A stretch of 64,000 nt of DNA from Verrucomicrobiia bacterium (GTDB taxonomy: Bacteria; Verrucomicrobiota; Verrucomicrobiia; Limisphaerales; UBA1319). Below are positions 9,739-20,349 of this stretch, in pieces (positions within the stretch are counted from its first letter, which is position 1; every line of letters starts with the position of its first letter). The stretch covers positions 2,080,001-2,144,000 of the forward strand of contig OY760937.1 in the NCBI GenBank assembly GCA_963664225.1, in the 5' to 3' direction. The notes under the pieces are model-generated. The model was not told where the DNA came from, made no database searches, and was given only the letters and a program-made list of their open reading frames with translations. A program made the position numbers and the translations under genes.

Positions 9739-10653
9739 CTATTCAGGTGATAAACTGCGCACCTTGATGTTCCGAAACCAGGTTTCAGGCGTCCAGTTCT
9801 GGAAGGCGATAAAACCCATGCTGGCTTTCCCAAACTGAGCGGCGTAAGGGCTGAACTGCGGACTCGCTGCAACCAAGGCATTGAAGGCCGGGCTGTTGAG
9901 TTCATACTGGGCAATTCTTCGGCCGTTGAGCCAATGTTCGACATGATTGCCCTGCACCAGCAACCGACACTGGTTCCACTGGCCTGTGGCAACTGTGAGC
10001 CTGTTGGTGGGGGCTATCAATCCATACGCAGCCCCGGTGACCTGAATGGCGGGCACCGAATAGGAAGCGTCAGCCAGGAGCTGAAACTCCGGCGCTGACT
10101 TGTAAGGCTGATCGTAGTACTCGGTGACCCGGTAGAGGACTCCGCTGTTGCCTCCCGGGGCCGTCTTCCAGTCCCATTTCAATTCGAAATCGCCATACTG
10201 GTGCATGGTGACGATATGGCCCGGGACGCTCCCGGTCACGGTCTTCAATTCTCCACCGGCGGTAATAACCCAATCGTTGCTGGGAAAGGCTGGCTGATTG
10301 TAACCCCGAAAAGAAGCCGTTGAGGTGCCATCGAATAACACTTCCCACGCTTTCAAGCGGTAGAATCGCTGAGGCCCAGCCATCTCTACTGTGACGGAAT
10401 AGTTGGTGCCAGCCACCGAGGCCGAATTTGTTGCATTGTCCCATGCCGTTAAGCCGTCCAGGTTCGTGGAGACCTGGAGGTAATACTCATGGGCTGAGTC
10501 TTGAGACCAGCTCAAAACAAGGAGGTTGTTCGCATTAGTCGCCCGAAGTTCAGTGGCAGACAATCGGCTCGCCGAAGCCAGCAATAGCGCCACTGAGCAA
10601 AGGAGAAGCCTGGTGATTACCGCTGGTTTAATGATCGTGCGTAATGGCTTCAT
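9739..10653 (-). CDS. Secreted DUF1080 (3-keto-disaccharide hydrolase-like) protein with an extra N-terminal module
   Basis: Signal peptide; LFDG, DFELKWDWK, GNSGVLY, EFQL, GQWN, VEHWLNG, FRNIKVR. Confidence 0.85.
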   Translation of the reverse strand: MKPLRTIIKPAVITRLLLCSVALLLASASRLSATELRATNANNLLVLSWSQDSAHEYYLQVSTNLDGLTAWDNATNSASVAGTNYSVTVEMAGPQRFYRLKAWEVLFDGTSTASFRGYNQPAFPSNDWVITAGGELKTVTGSVPGHIVTMHQYGDFELKWDWKTAPGGNSGVLYRVTEYYDQPYKSAPEFQLLADASYSVPAIQVTGAAYGLIAPTNRLTVATGQWNQCRLLVQGNHVEHWLNGRRIAQYELNSPAFNALVAASPQFSPYAAQFGKASMGFIAFQNWTPETWFRNIKVRSLSPE

Positions 10654-10698
10654 GGAATCGCCCTTGAGCAGCAGCGGCCTTGCCTCTGCGGACGGCTG

Positions 10699-11184
10699 TT
10701 ACTGCGGCTTGGGCTCAGGCTGGAAATCGCGCAGGTCCAGACGGCCCTCGTTGGCGACGTTGAGAGTCCTGGCGTGATCGTTCATGCGCACATACAAAGT
10801 GCTCTTGATCTTGTAGTCCATGGATTTGGACTCGATGATCGGTTTGATGCGCGCCGCCATGGATAAATTGCGCAGATAGACTTCGACCGGCTGGGTGACG
10901 GAGCTGAGACGCGGCACGACCACGGAGGTGTTGGCCAGGCCTTTGCCGATGTAATGGCCGTTGATATAGATCTTATGTTCGCCGCCCTCCATCAGAAACG
11001 GCTCGGGACTGGCATTCTGGAGGCGGACGGTGAATCGCGCGGTAGTTTCGAGAACAGTGGCGTTTTCGAACTGCACATTCACCAGGCTCACATCCACACT
11101 TTTGGCGGTTCTTTGAGAGGCGCACGCACCGAGCAGCACGCTCAGGCAAAGGGCAATAAATAAGTTCGCTTTCATGGATTGCAT
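10699..11184 (-). CDS. LEA type 2 / WHy-domain lipoprotein
   Basis: Lipobox LGAC; beta-rich LEA_2-like body (VRLQNASP...IYING..IGKG). Confidence 0.75.
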   Translation of the reverse strand: MQSMKANLFIALCLSVLLGACASQRTAKSVDVSLVNVQFENATVLETTARFTVRLQNASPEPFLMEGGEHKIYINGHYIGKGLANTSVVVPRLSSVTQPVEVYLRNLSMAARIKPIIESKSMDYKIKSTLYVRMNDHARTLNVANEGRLDLRDFQPEPKPQ

Positions 11185-11250
11185 TTCGTTGCGCGCGCAG
11201 CTTGACGATTGACACGCATTCGGTCAAGTCCGGCGGCGCGAGTCACCCTT

Positions 11251-12810
11251 TTAAACGGTCATTTTTTGAGCCACCGGTTTTCCCGCCTGTTCGTCGTCGC
11301 CAAATGCCTTGCGCACCAGCGCCTTGGGAAGCGGCTGGGTCATCAGGCTCACCACGGGAACCACGATCAACGGCACAATCATGGCCACGGCGCCCGATAC
11401 AGGGATGTTTGCCTTGCCCCACAGTAAGAACAGGCTCAATGAAACGACCACCCCGGAAATCATTCCGGCAAAGGCCCCCGCCATGGTGGTGCGCCTCCAG
11501 AACAGGCCGTAGAGATAGGGAGCCAGGAAGGCGCCGGCCAGCGAGGCCCAGGCAATGACCATCAAATTGACAATGACATCGAATTTACTGCGCGCAATTA
11601 GCAGGGACAAAAGCACAAACACGCCGCACAGGACCCGCATCATGAGCATGGTCTGTTTTTGGGAGGCCTTCTCACCCTTGAGCGCCCGGAAGATGTCGAT
11701 GGCGATCGCGGAACTGGAGACCAGCACCAGGGAGGACAGGCTGGACATCGACGCTGAGAACACCAGCAACAGGATCACCATGACCAGCCAGCCCGGCACA
11801 AACGTGGTGATGAAATGCGGCATCAACAGGTCCAGGTTGGGCTTGTGGGTGACGGCGTCCATGATGGGCGCAAAATCCACCTTGGGATTCGTGTAAAACA
11901 GATGGGTCAGGGCGCCGCTGTAATAAGCGCCAAAGGACATGAACCCGGCAAATACCGTGGCGATGATCATGGCGCGCGTCACATCCTTGCGACTGCGTAT
12001 GGAGTAAAATTTTTGGACCATTTGCGGCAGCGCCCAGGGTCCGAAACTTGTGATGAGCACCAGGGACGCCAGAATGAGCCAGCCCGGAAAGTGAGGTCCG
12101 GGCGGCAGCACCGCACCCACTGCGGGCGGCATCAGGCCCGGCATGTTTTTGGGATCGAGCAGTTGCGTCCAAGTGGAAACAAATCCGCCCTTCATGTTGA
12201 TCAAAAGCGCCGCCATTATGAGAACCCCAGCGAACTCGACGATGCCGCGGAGAAAATCGCTCACCGCCACCGCAAAATAACCGCCCATGATCAGATAGAC
12301 CCCGGTCAGAACCGCCAGGAAAATGAGGGCCTCATCATATTGCAGGCCGATGGCTTTTTGAAACAGATAGCTCAGTCCCATGTACACCGACGCCGAGTAG
12401 GGCACCAGAAAGACAAAGACAATGAGCGCGGCAACGATCTGCATCGGCAGGCTGTCGTAACGAGTCCGCAGGAATTCGGGCATCGTCATGGCGTTGAGCC
12501 GCACGGTCATGTCCCGTGTGCGTCCCGCCAGTATTTTCCAGGCCAGCAAAGTGCCGATGAGGGTGTTGCCCGCCACAATCCACATCGTGTGAATGCCAAA
12601 GCCCCACCCGAGCTTGCCCGCATAACCGATGAAAAGCACCGCGGAAAAATAGGTGGTGCCGTAGGCAAAGGCGCTCATCCACGGCCCCAGCGAGCGTCCG
12701 CCCAAAAAGAAATCCCCCACCGAGCGTGTCCGGCGCATGCACCAGTAGCCAATGCCCAGCATGATCAGGACATAAATAACGACGATGGCCACGTATATTT
12801 GCGAATTCAT
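11251..12810 (-). CDS. Sodium:solute symporter family protein
   Basis: FFLGGRSLGPW, TMPEFLRTRY, SASMSSLSS; about 13 TM segments. Confidence 0.92.
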   Translation of the reverse strand: MNSQIYVAIVVIYVLIMLGIGYWCMRRTRSVGDFFLGGRSLGPWMSAFAYGTTYFSAVLFIGYAGKLGWGFGIHTMWIVAGNTLIGTLLAWKILAGRTRDMTVRLNAMTMPEFLRTRYDSLPMQIVAALIVFVFLVPYSASVYMGLSYLFQKAIGLQYDEALIFLAVLTGVYLIMGGYFAVAVSDFLRGIVEFAGVLIMAALLINMKGGFVSTWTQLLDPKNMPGLMPPAVGAVLPPGPHFPGWLILASLVLITSFGPWALPQMVQKFYSIRSRKDVTRAMIIATVFAGFMSFGAYYSGALTHLFYTNPKVDFAPIMDAVTHKPNLDLLMPHFITTFVPGWLVMVILLLVFSASMSSLSSLVLVSSSAIAIDIFRALKGEKASQKQTMLMMRVLCGVFVLLSLLIARSKFDVIVNLMVIAWASLAGAFLAPYLYGLFWRRTTMAGAFAGMISGVVVSLSLFLLWGKANIPVSGAVAMIVPLIVVPVVSLMTQPLPKALVRKAFGDDEQAGKPVAQKMTV

Positions 12811-12904
12811 TTTAAAAGTCGGTTCGCGCGATTTGAGACGGCGGCCGATGGCGTAATAAAGGCGGAATCAAATGTCTGAGGCAAGCAGAACTTTCGCGAA
12901 ATCC

Positions 12905-12931
12905 TGTAACGAGCCAGCCGCCAGCCGCGTC
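12905..12931 (+). promoter_or_regulatory. Putative ECF-sigma promoter upstream of the RND operon
   Basis: TGTAAC-N17-CGTC, resembling the motif upstream of the ECF gene at 49299-49324. Confidence 0.4.
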
Positions 12932-13097
12932 CAGTTATGGTGAACACCTCATTTAGGTGTTGCCGTACTATTGCCCGATGGCGATGTATTAGGGCTTTCC
13001 GGGGTTCTGCGGATCCCCGGGAATGCGATCATTAATTTTGAGGGACATGAAACGATATTTTGGAATTTCCCTGATTAAAGGGGGCGGATGGTCTGTC

Positions 13098-14297
13098 ATG
13101 AGCCGGACAGCAGGCCACAAGGCGGAGTTAGCGGCGCTGGCGTTGCAGCCGGTGCAGCCATTACTTCTGGCGTTGAGTTTGGCGGTCGCGCTTCTGGCGG
13201 GTTGTTCGAAAGAGGCCGCACCGCCCAAACAAGCCAAAGGCCCGGGGGCGGCTCCGGTGCCGGTGCTCGCCGGGCCGGTGGTGGAAAAGAGCGCGCCGGT
13301 GCAAATCATGGCCGTCGGAAACGCGCAACCCTACACGCAGGTGGCGATCCGCGCCCAAATTACCGGCCAACTTTCCAAGGTCCATTTTCAGGAGGGCCAG
13401 ACTGTCAAACGCGGGGATCTCTTGTTTTCGATCGATCCGCGTCCGGCGCAGGCCGCCCTTGATCAGGTGCAGGCCAATCTGGTGCGCGACCAGGCGCAGC
13501 TTGAAAATGCCCAGGTCGATTTCGACCGCCAAAAGAAGCTCTTCGATTCAAAAATCAGCTCCCGCGAGGATTACGACAAGGCGCAGGCGGCTTTGGATGC
13601 GCTGCGTGGCACCGTTCTGGCGGACCAGGCGGCAATCACCAATGCCGCGCTGAATCTCGAGTTCACCTCGATCCGGGCACCCATGGAGGGGCGGACGGGC
13701 AATGTCATGGTGCATGAAGGCAACATTGTGAAGGCGGAGACGGATATACTCGTGGAGATCCACCAGGTGCAGCCTATTTTTGTATCGTTCTTCGTCCCGG
13801 AGCAGTATTTGTCCGGGATCAAGCTGCGGATGCGCGAGGGACCGCTCAAGGCGCAGGCAAGTTATCCCGGCTTGGAAGGCCCCGGGCCGGAGGGTTCGGT
13901 CTCGTTCTTAAACAACATGGTGGATGCGACCACCGGGATGATCCAGCTCAAGGCGGTGTTTACGAATGCCGACAACGTTTTGTGGCCCGGGCAATTCGTG
14001 CAGGTAACATTGACCCTGCAGGAGCAGCTCAATGCCGTGGTGGCGCCCGCCCAGGCGGTTCAAATTGGACAGGCTGGCGAGTATGTGTTTGTGATCAAGG
14101 GGGATCAAACGGTGGAATTGCGCTCGATCAAAACCGGAGCAACGAAGAACGGAGAATCGGTGATTCAGAGCGGACTCAAACCCGGTGAAACGGTTGTCAC
14201 GGATGGCCAGTTGCGGCTGGTGTCCGGCTCGCGGGTGGAGGTCAAATCGGCAGATGCCCTCAAAACACAAGCCACGGCTTCAACTCCTGCGTTATGA
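13098..14297 (+). CDS. RND efflux periplasmic adaptor (MdtA-like)
   Basis: Lipobox LAGC; FQEGQTVKRGDLLFSIDP, IRAPMEGRTG, LWPGQFV; start uncertain. Confidence 0.9.
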   Translation: MSRTAGHKAELAALALQPVQPLLLALSLAVALLAGCSKEAAPPKQAKGPGAAPVPVLAGPVVEKSAPVQIMAVGNAQPYTQVAIRAQITGQLSKVHFQEGQTVKRGDLLFSIDPRPAQAALDQVQANLVRDQAQLENAQVDFDRQKKLFDSKISSREDYDKAQAALDALRGTVLADQAAITNAALNLEFTSIRAPMEGRTGNVMVHEGNIVKAETDILVEIHQVQPIFVSFFVPEQYLSGIKLRMREGPLKAQASYPGLEGPGPEGSVSFLNNMVDATTGMIQLKAVFTNADNVLWPGQFVQVTLTLQEQLNAVVAPAQAVQIGQAGEYVFVIKGDQTVELRSIKTGATKNGESVIQSGLKPGETVVTDGQLRLVSGSRVEVKSADALKTQATASTPAL

Positions 14298-17200
14298 ATC
14301 TGCCCGAGCTTTGCATTCGCAGACCCGTCATGACCACGTTGGTCATGGCCGCCATTCTTCTGTTTGGCACCATCGCCTATCGCACCCTGCCGGTGAGCAA
14401 CCTGCCCAGCGTGGATTATCCGACCATCCAGGTGGGGGCCAGCCTCCCGGGCGCCAGCCCGGACACCATGGCGTCTTCGGTGGCCACGCCTTTGGAAAAA
14501 CAATTTTCAACGATTGCCGGCGTGGATTCCATGAGTTCGGTCAGTTCCCAGGGGGGAACGCAGATCACCATTCAATTCTCCCTGGACCGTGATATTGACG
14601 CAGCGGCGCAGGATGTGCAGGCCGCCATTGCCAAGGCCACGCGCCAGTTGCCTCCGGACATGCCCGCCCCGCCCAGCTACAGCAAGGTGAATCCTGCCGA
14701 CCAGCCCATTCTCTTTCTTTCCATCCTGTCCCCCACACTGCCGCTCTCGGCCGTGGACGAATATGCGGAAACGATGATGGCCCAGCGCATCTCGATGGTG
14801 GCGGGAGTGGCCCAGGTATCCGTTTATGGCGCGCAGCAATACGCGGTGCGCATTCAGTTGGATCCAAACAAACTGGCCGCCCGCGGGCTGGGCATCGATG
14901 AAGTGCGCCAGGCGGTGTCCGACAACAACGTGAACATGCCGACCGGAACGCTCAACGGCACCCATCAGGCACTCGTGGTCCAGGCGGACGGCCAACTGAT
15001 GAAGTCCGCCGATTATCAGTCGCTGATCGTGGCCTACCGCAATGGCGCGCCGGTGCGGTTGCAGGATTTGGGTCAGATCAAGGACAGTGTTGCGAACGAC
15101 AAGGTGGCCGGTTGGATCAATGAATCCCGCGCGATCACGCTGGCCATTCAGCGCCAGCCGGGGGTCAACACCGTGGAGGTGGTCGATAACATCCGCAAAC
15201 TGCTTCCCGATTTCCAGGCCCAGTTGCCTGCCGCGGTGCAACTGGGAGTGCTTTACGACCGATCGATCTCGATCCGCGATTCGGTTGCCGACGTGAAGTT
15301 CACCCTTAAATTAACCATCGGGCTGGTCATCCTGGTGATTTTCCTCTTCTTGCGGAACCTCTCCGCCACCGTCATTCCGAGTCTTGCGGTGCCCATGTCG
15401 CTGGTCGGCACCTTTGCCGTGATGCATCTGTTCGGTTACAGCATCGACAATCTTTCGCTCATGGCGCTGACGTTGTGTGTGGGCTTCGTGGTCGATGACG
15501 CCATCGTGATGCTCGAGAATATCGTCCGGCACATCGAGGCCGGGATGCCTCCTTTCGAGGCGGCCATGCAAGGCTCCCGCGAGATCGGTTTCACGATCAT
15601 TTCAATGACGCTGTCCCTGGCGGCGGTGTTCATTCCGGTGCTGTTCATGGAAGGCATTGTGGGACGTCTGCTGCATGAGTTTGCCGTCACGATCGCCTCC
15701 GCAGTGCTGGTCTCGGGTTTCGTCTCATTGACCCTCACGCCGATGCTGTGCAGCCGGTTTGTCAAAAGCCATCACGGCCAGGTGAAACGCGGGCGGGCTT
15801 ATGAGTGGTCGGAATCGTTCTTCGACGGAATGAGGCACCTCTACGAGCGCAGCCTTGCCCTGGCTTTGCATCATCACCGCATCATGCTCGTGTTGTCGCT
15901 GGTCTTGCTGGCGGCGACGGCCGTCCTCTTTGTGAAGATCCCCAAGGGTTTCTTTCCCAGCGAGGACACCGGCCAGATCTCCGGCTCCACTGAATGTGTG
16001 CAGGGCATCTCCTTTAATTCCATGCGCGAACACCAGGTGGCGGTCAACCGCATACTCGCCGCGGACACGAACATCGCCAATTTCAGCTCCTCAATCAGCG
16101 GCGGCAATGCGGGCCGCGTCATGATTCGCCTCAAGCCGCGCGCCGAGCGTCAGTTCAGCGCCGACGAGATTATTCAGCAGCTCCGGCCCAAACTGGCGCG
16201 CATTCCAGGCTTGAGGATGTACCTTCAAAACCCGCCCGCCATCCGCATGGGTGGCATGTCCAGCAAGGGTCTTTATCAGTACACCCTGCAAAGCACCGAT
16301 ACCGGCGAACTCTACCGCTGGGCGCCGATCATCGAGGCCGGGATGGGGCAACTGGCCGGATTCCAGGACGTCAACAGCGACCTGCTGATCAACAATCCCC
16401 AGGTCAACGTCGGGATCGACCGCGACAAGGCCCGTGCCCTGGGAGTCACCGCCAGCCAGATTGAGAGCGCTCTTTATGACGCCTATGGCTCCCGTCAGAT
16501 TTCGACGATTTTCACCGCGGCCAATGAATACTCCGTCATCATGGAGCTGCAGCCCGAGTTTCAACAGAACATGGAGGCTCTTTCCCAATTGTATATACGA
16601 TCCTCCACCGGGCAGTTGGTGCAATTAAGCACGGTGGCCAATATCACCCGCGGCGTCGGGCCAATGAACGTCTCGCACCTGGGACAGCTTCCTGCGGTCA
16701 CGGTTTCCTTCAACCTGGCTCCCGGTGTCTCCCTGGGCACGGCTGTGGATCAAGTCGAGCAGATGATGCTGGACCTGCACGTGCCGCAGACGATGCACGG
16801 CAGCTTTCAAGGCAGCGCGCAGGTTTTCCAATCCTCGCTCAAAGGTCTGGGGGTGCTCCTGATCATGTCCATTCTGGTCATTTACATCATCCTGGGCATT
16901 CTCTATGAGAGTTTTGTTCATCCCATAACCATTCTTTCGGGCCTGCCCTCGGCTGGCTTCGGAGCGTTGCTCACGCTGATGTTGTTTGGCATCGATCTGA
17001 ACATCTACGCGTTTGTCGGTTTGATCATGCTTGTGGGCATTGTGAAAAAGAACGCGATCATGATGATCGATTTTGCGATCGACGCCCGCCATCAGGGCAG
17101 CACTCCTTACGATGCCATTTTCCAGGGCTGCCTGCTGCGCTTCCGGCCCATCATGATGACCACCATGGCCGCCTTGATGGCCACGCTGCCCATCGCCATG

Positions 17201-17401
17201 GGACACGGCGCCGGCGCCGAAGCGCGCCGACCGCTGGGTCTGGCCGTCGTGGGCGGTTTGATGGTGTCCCAGTTACTCACGCTCTACATCACACCGGTCA
17301 TGTATCTATACATGGAGAATTTCCAGGAATGGGTGAAACGCCGATGGGCGCGGCGCAAGGCAAAATCAACTCCCGTGTTGGTGGATTCCCCCGCCGCATA
17401 G
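14294..17401 (+). CDS. RND efflux permease (MdtB/MdtC-like)
   Basis: IRRPVMT, GFVVDDAIVMLENI, GIVKKNAIMMIDFA, RFRPIMMTT; 1035 aa. Confidence 0.95.
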   Translation: MNLPELCIRRPVMTTLVMAAILLFGTIAYRTLPVSNLPSVDYPTIQVGASLPGASPDTMASSVATPLEKQFSTIAGVDSMSSVSSQGGTQITIQFSLDRDIDAAAQDVQAAIAKATRQLPPDMPAPPSYSKVNPADQPILFLSILSPTLPLSAVDEYAETMMAQRISMVAGVAQVSVYGAQQYAVRIQLDPNKLAARGLGIDEVRQAVSDNNVNMPTGTLNGTHQALVVQADGQLMKSADYQSLIVAYRNGAPVRLQDLGQIKDSVANDKVAGWINESRAITLAIQRQPGVNTVEVVDNIRKLLPDFQAQLPAAVQLGVLYDRSISIRDSVADVKFTLKLTIGLVILVIFLFLRNLSATVIPSLAVPMSLVGTFAVMHLFGYSIDNLSLMALTLCVGFVVDDAIVMLENIVRHIEAGMPPFEAAMQGSREIGFTIISMTLSLAAVFIPVLFMEGIVGRLLHEFAVTIASAVLVSGFVSLTLTPMLCSRFVKSHHGQVKRGRAYEWSESFFDGMRHLYERSLALALHHHRIMLVLSLVLLAATAVLFVKIPKGFFPSEDTGQISGSTECVQGISFNSMREHQVAVNRILAADTNIANFSSSISGGNAGRVMIRLKPRAERQFSADEIIQQLRPKLARIPGLRMYLQNPPAIRMGGMSSKGLYQYTLQSTDTGELYRWAPIIEAGMGQLAGFQDVNSDLLINNPQVNVGIDRDKARALGVTASQIESALYDAYGSRQISTIFTAANEYSVIMELQPEFQQNMEALSQLYIRSSTGQLVQLSTVANITRGVGPMNVSHLGQLPAVTVSFNLAPGVSLGTAVDQVEQMMLDLHVPQTMHGSFQGSAQVFQSSLKGLGVLLIMSILVIYIILGILYESFVHPITILSGLPSAGFGALLTLMLFGIDLNIYAFVGLIMLVGIVKKNAIMMIDFAIDARHQGSTPYDAIFQGCLLRFRPIMMTTMAALMATLPIAMGHGAGAEARRPLGLAVVGGLMVSQLLTLYITPVMYLYMENFQEWVKRRWARRKAKSTPVLVDSPAA

Positions 17402-17514
17402 TTTTTTCGATGCAAGTATTTTGACCTGGACCTGATAACTGCCCGTGCGCGTTTCGAACGGCGGACTCTGTAAAAAGACTTTGCAAGCGTGGTTGAAGTC
17501 GCTAAGTTGCCTCC

Positions 17515-18840
17515 ATGTCAAACCAAATCAACCGTCGCCGTTTTCTGGCCCAGTCCACCACCGCTGCCCTCGCAGCCCCGTTCTTCGGGGCGATCCTCGT
17601 GCCCGGAGCAAGCGGTGAGGCGGCCGCGAGCGAAAAAATCCGGCTCGGTGTCATCGGATGCGGGGGCATGGGCATGGGCGATTTGGAAACCTTTTTCCTC
17701 AACCCGGAAGTGGAGTGCACCATGTTGTGCGACGTGGACGACGCTCAATTGGCCAAAGGGACTGCCGTGGTCGAGGGCAAACGCGGGAAGAAACCTCAAA
17801 CGGTCAAGGATTTCCGGCGAGTCTTGGACAGTAAAGAGGTGGACGTGGTGCTCATTGCCACGCCGGATCATTGGCACGCGCTGCCCACCGTGTTGGGCTG
17901 CCAGGCGGGCAAGGATATCTATGTGGAGAAACCGCTCGCCACGACCATCGCCGAAGGCCGCGCCATGGTCGAAGCGGCGCGCCAGCATCGTAATATCGTG
18001 CAAATGGGTGCCCATCGCCGGAGCAGTCCAACCTATGCCCAGGCGGTCGAGTTCGTGCGCTCAGGTAAATTGGGCAAGGTCGGACTCGTGCGGGCATGGG
18101 CTTATTTGGATTGGGTGGAGCCCATTGGTTTTAAACCCGATGGCGATCCGCCGACGGGTGTGGATTATGATTTTTGGCTGGGACCCGCGCCAAAACGCCC
18201 CTTCAATCCCAATCGATTCCATTTCAACTTCCGCTGGTTTTGGGATTATGCGGGCGGCCTGATGACCGACTGGGGCGTGCACCTGCTTCAGGTATTGCTT
18301 TGGGGCATGGGATCCGAACCGCCGAAAGCAGTGTTTTCGAGCGGTGGAAAATATGTGCTCCAGGATAATTCCGAAACCCCAGACACACAGACCACCGTCT
18401 ATGAGTTCCCCAGTTACACCATGGTTTGGGAGCATAGGGTGGGCATTGCTCTGGGCCTTTACAACCGCCCGTGGGGAATGGCATTCATTGGCACGGAAGG
18501 CACCCTGATTATCAATGACGAGGGATGTCAAATTCTGCGGGAACCGAGAAAGGACAGCCTGGAACCCCAAAAATTCGCACCAGGTGTCGATCCGCGTCCC
18601 GCCCATGTGCGCAATTTTCTGGACCGCGTCAAATCACGACAACAACCCGTGGAAAACCTGGAAGTGGGACATCACATTTCGACGGTGGCCCATCTGGGCA
18701 ATATCGCGTTGCGCTCCGGCCGTAAAATCGTTTGGGACCATACGCAGGAACAGGTCGTGGGCGATCCGGATGCCAACCGGCTGGTCTCGGTCAAATACCG
18801 TGATCCCTGGAAATTGCCTTATCTCAAAGAACGCAGCTGA
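17515..18840 (+). CDS. Tat-exported Gfo/Idh/MocA oxidoreductase
   Basis: NRRRFL Tat motif; GVIGCGGMG, IATPDHWH, YVEKP, DWGVH. Confidence 0.9.
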   Translation: MSNQINRRRFLAQSTTAALAAPFFGAILVPGASGEAAASEKIRLGVIGCGGMGMGDLETFFLNPEVECTMLCDVDDAQLAKGTAVVEGKRGKKPQTVKDFRRVLDSKEVDVVLIATPDHWHALPTVLGCQAGKDIYVEKPLATTIAEGRAMVEAARQHRNIVQMGAHRRSSPTYAQAVEFVRSGKLGKVGLVRAWAYLDWVEPIGFKPDGDPPTGVDYDFWLGPAPKRPFNPNRFHFNFRWFWDYAGGLMTDWGVHLLQVLLWGMGSEPPKAVFSSGGKYVLQDNSETPDTQTTVYEFPSYTMVWEHRVGIALGLYNRPWGMAFIGTEGTLIINDEGCQILREPRKDSLEPQKFAPGVDPRPAHVRNFLDRVKSRQQPVENLEVGHHISTVAHLGNIALRSGRKIVWDHTQEQVVGDPDANRLVSVKYRDPWKLPYLKERS

Positions 18841-18942
18841 CAGGTTGTCGGGATTTACGGCGGTTGAATTTGCGGATAATGCGCTTGGCAAAAGCTTGGG
18901 GCGTTCTACCATTCGGTCAGACGAATCAACCTATTGACCGAT

Positions 18943-20334
18943 ATGGCCCTGACCATCGACACCCGCCTTGCGACCCGCGATCTTGTGCCCGCGCTCAATC
19001 GCGTTTTTGAACTCTCCGCTGATAAAATCGCCAGCCTGCACAAGTCATGGAAACCGGAGCGCGGCGCCCCGGTGTTCACCGTTGGAGGGCAATACACCGC
19101 GCGGGGCTGGACGGATTGGACCGCCGGATTCCAGCACGGCTCCGAGCTTCTGCAATATGACGCGACGGGCGAGGAACGGTTCCTGGAAATGGGCCGCACC
19201 GCCACGATTCGCCAGATGCCCTCCCATGTGTCGAACATGGGGGTGCATGACCACGGGTTCAACATCATCTCCACCTATGGCAACCTTTGGCGGTTGATGA
19301 AGGAGAGTCAGATCGAGCGCAACGATCGCGAACTGCAGGTGTATGAGCTGGCGCTCAAAGTTTCCGGCGCGGTGCAATCCACACGTTGGACCGCACTGGC
19401 CGGTGGCGGCGGTTTCATTTATTCCTTCAACGGCCCTCATTCGTTATTCATCGACACCATGCGCTCGTTGCGCTCGCTGGCCATGGCCCACACCCTGGGG
19501 CATGCCCTGATGGGGGAGAACGGCCGGCGAATCTGCCTCCTTCAACGCCTTGTGGAACATGCCGCAGCCACGGCCCGTTATGCGGTGTATTATGGCGAGG
19601 GCCGCGATATCTATGACGTTCGGGGCCGCGTGGCTCAGGAAACCCTGTTCAACGCCAATGACGGTTCCCATCGGTGCCCGTCCACTCAGCAGGGCTACTC
19701 CCCTTTCACCACATGGACGCGTGGGCTGGCCTGGGGAATCTGTGGATTTGCCGAGCAGCTCGAATTTTTGGAAACCCTGTCCGATGCCGTTCTCGAACCG
19801 CTCGGCGGTCGCAAAGAGATTGTCGCCATGTTTTTAAAGGCGGCCACCGCCATGGCCGATTATTACATCGCCAGCTCACCCGTGTGCGGCATTCCTTATT
19901 GGGATACCGGCGCGCCCAATTTACATCGCCTGGGAGATTATCTGGAGCGCCCCGCGGATCCATTCAACCCCTGGGAGCCGGTCGATAGCTCGGCGGCAGC
20001 GGTCGCCGCGCAAGGTTTGCTGCGCCTGGGAAACCATTTGAATCGTAATGGCCAATCGAAAGCGGGCCGGCGTTATCGTCAGGCGGGATTGACCGTCGCC
20101 CGCACCCTGTTTGTGGAACCTTATCTTTCAGTCCAAAGCAAACACCAGGGGCTGCTACTGCATTCGGTTTATCACCGGCCCAACGGATGGGATCGCACGG
20201 CCCCGGGGCAGGCGGTACCCAACGGCGAAAGCTCGATGTGGGGGGATTACCATGCCCGCGAACTGGCGTTGATGTTGCTGCGGGAGGCTGGCGAGGAACC
20301 GCCGCTCGTTTTCTTTGGCGCTTCTGAAAAGTGA
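18943..20334 (+). CDS. Glycoside hydrolase family 88-like (unsaturated glucuronyl hydrolase-like) protein
   Basis: WTAGF, HDHGF, FIDTM, QGY...WTRGLAW, PYWD, DSSAAA, WGDY. Confidence 0.8.
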   Translation: MALTIDTRLATRDLVPALNRVFELSADKIASLHKSWKPERGAPVFTVGGQYTARGWTDWTAGFQHGSELLQYDATGEERFLEMGRTATIRQMPSHVSNMGVHDHGFNIISTYGNLWRLMKESQIERNDRELQVYELALKVSGAVQSTRWTALAGGGGFIYSFNGPHSLFIDTMRSLRSLAMAHTLGHALMGENGRRICLLQRLVEHAAATARYAVYYGEGRDIYDVRGRVAQETLFNANDGSHRCPSTQQGYSPFTTWTRGLAWGICGFAEQLEFLETLSDAVLEPLGGRKEIVAMFLKAATAMADYYIASSPVCGIPYWDTGAPNLHRLGDYLERPADPFNPWEPVDSSAAAVAAQGLLRLGNHLNRNGQSKAGRRYRQAGLTVARTLFVEPYLSVQSKHQGLLLHSVYHRPNGWDRTAPGQAVPNGESSMWGDYHARELALMLLREAGEEPPLVFFGASEK

Positions 20335-20349
20335 TTCATTGCGCGCATC

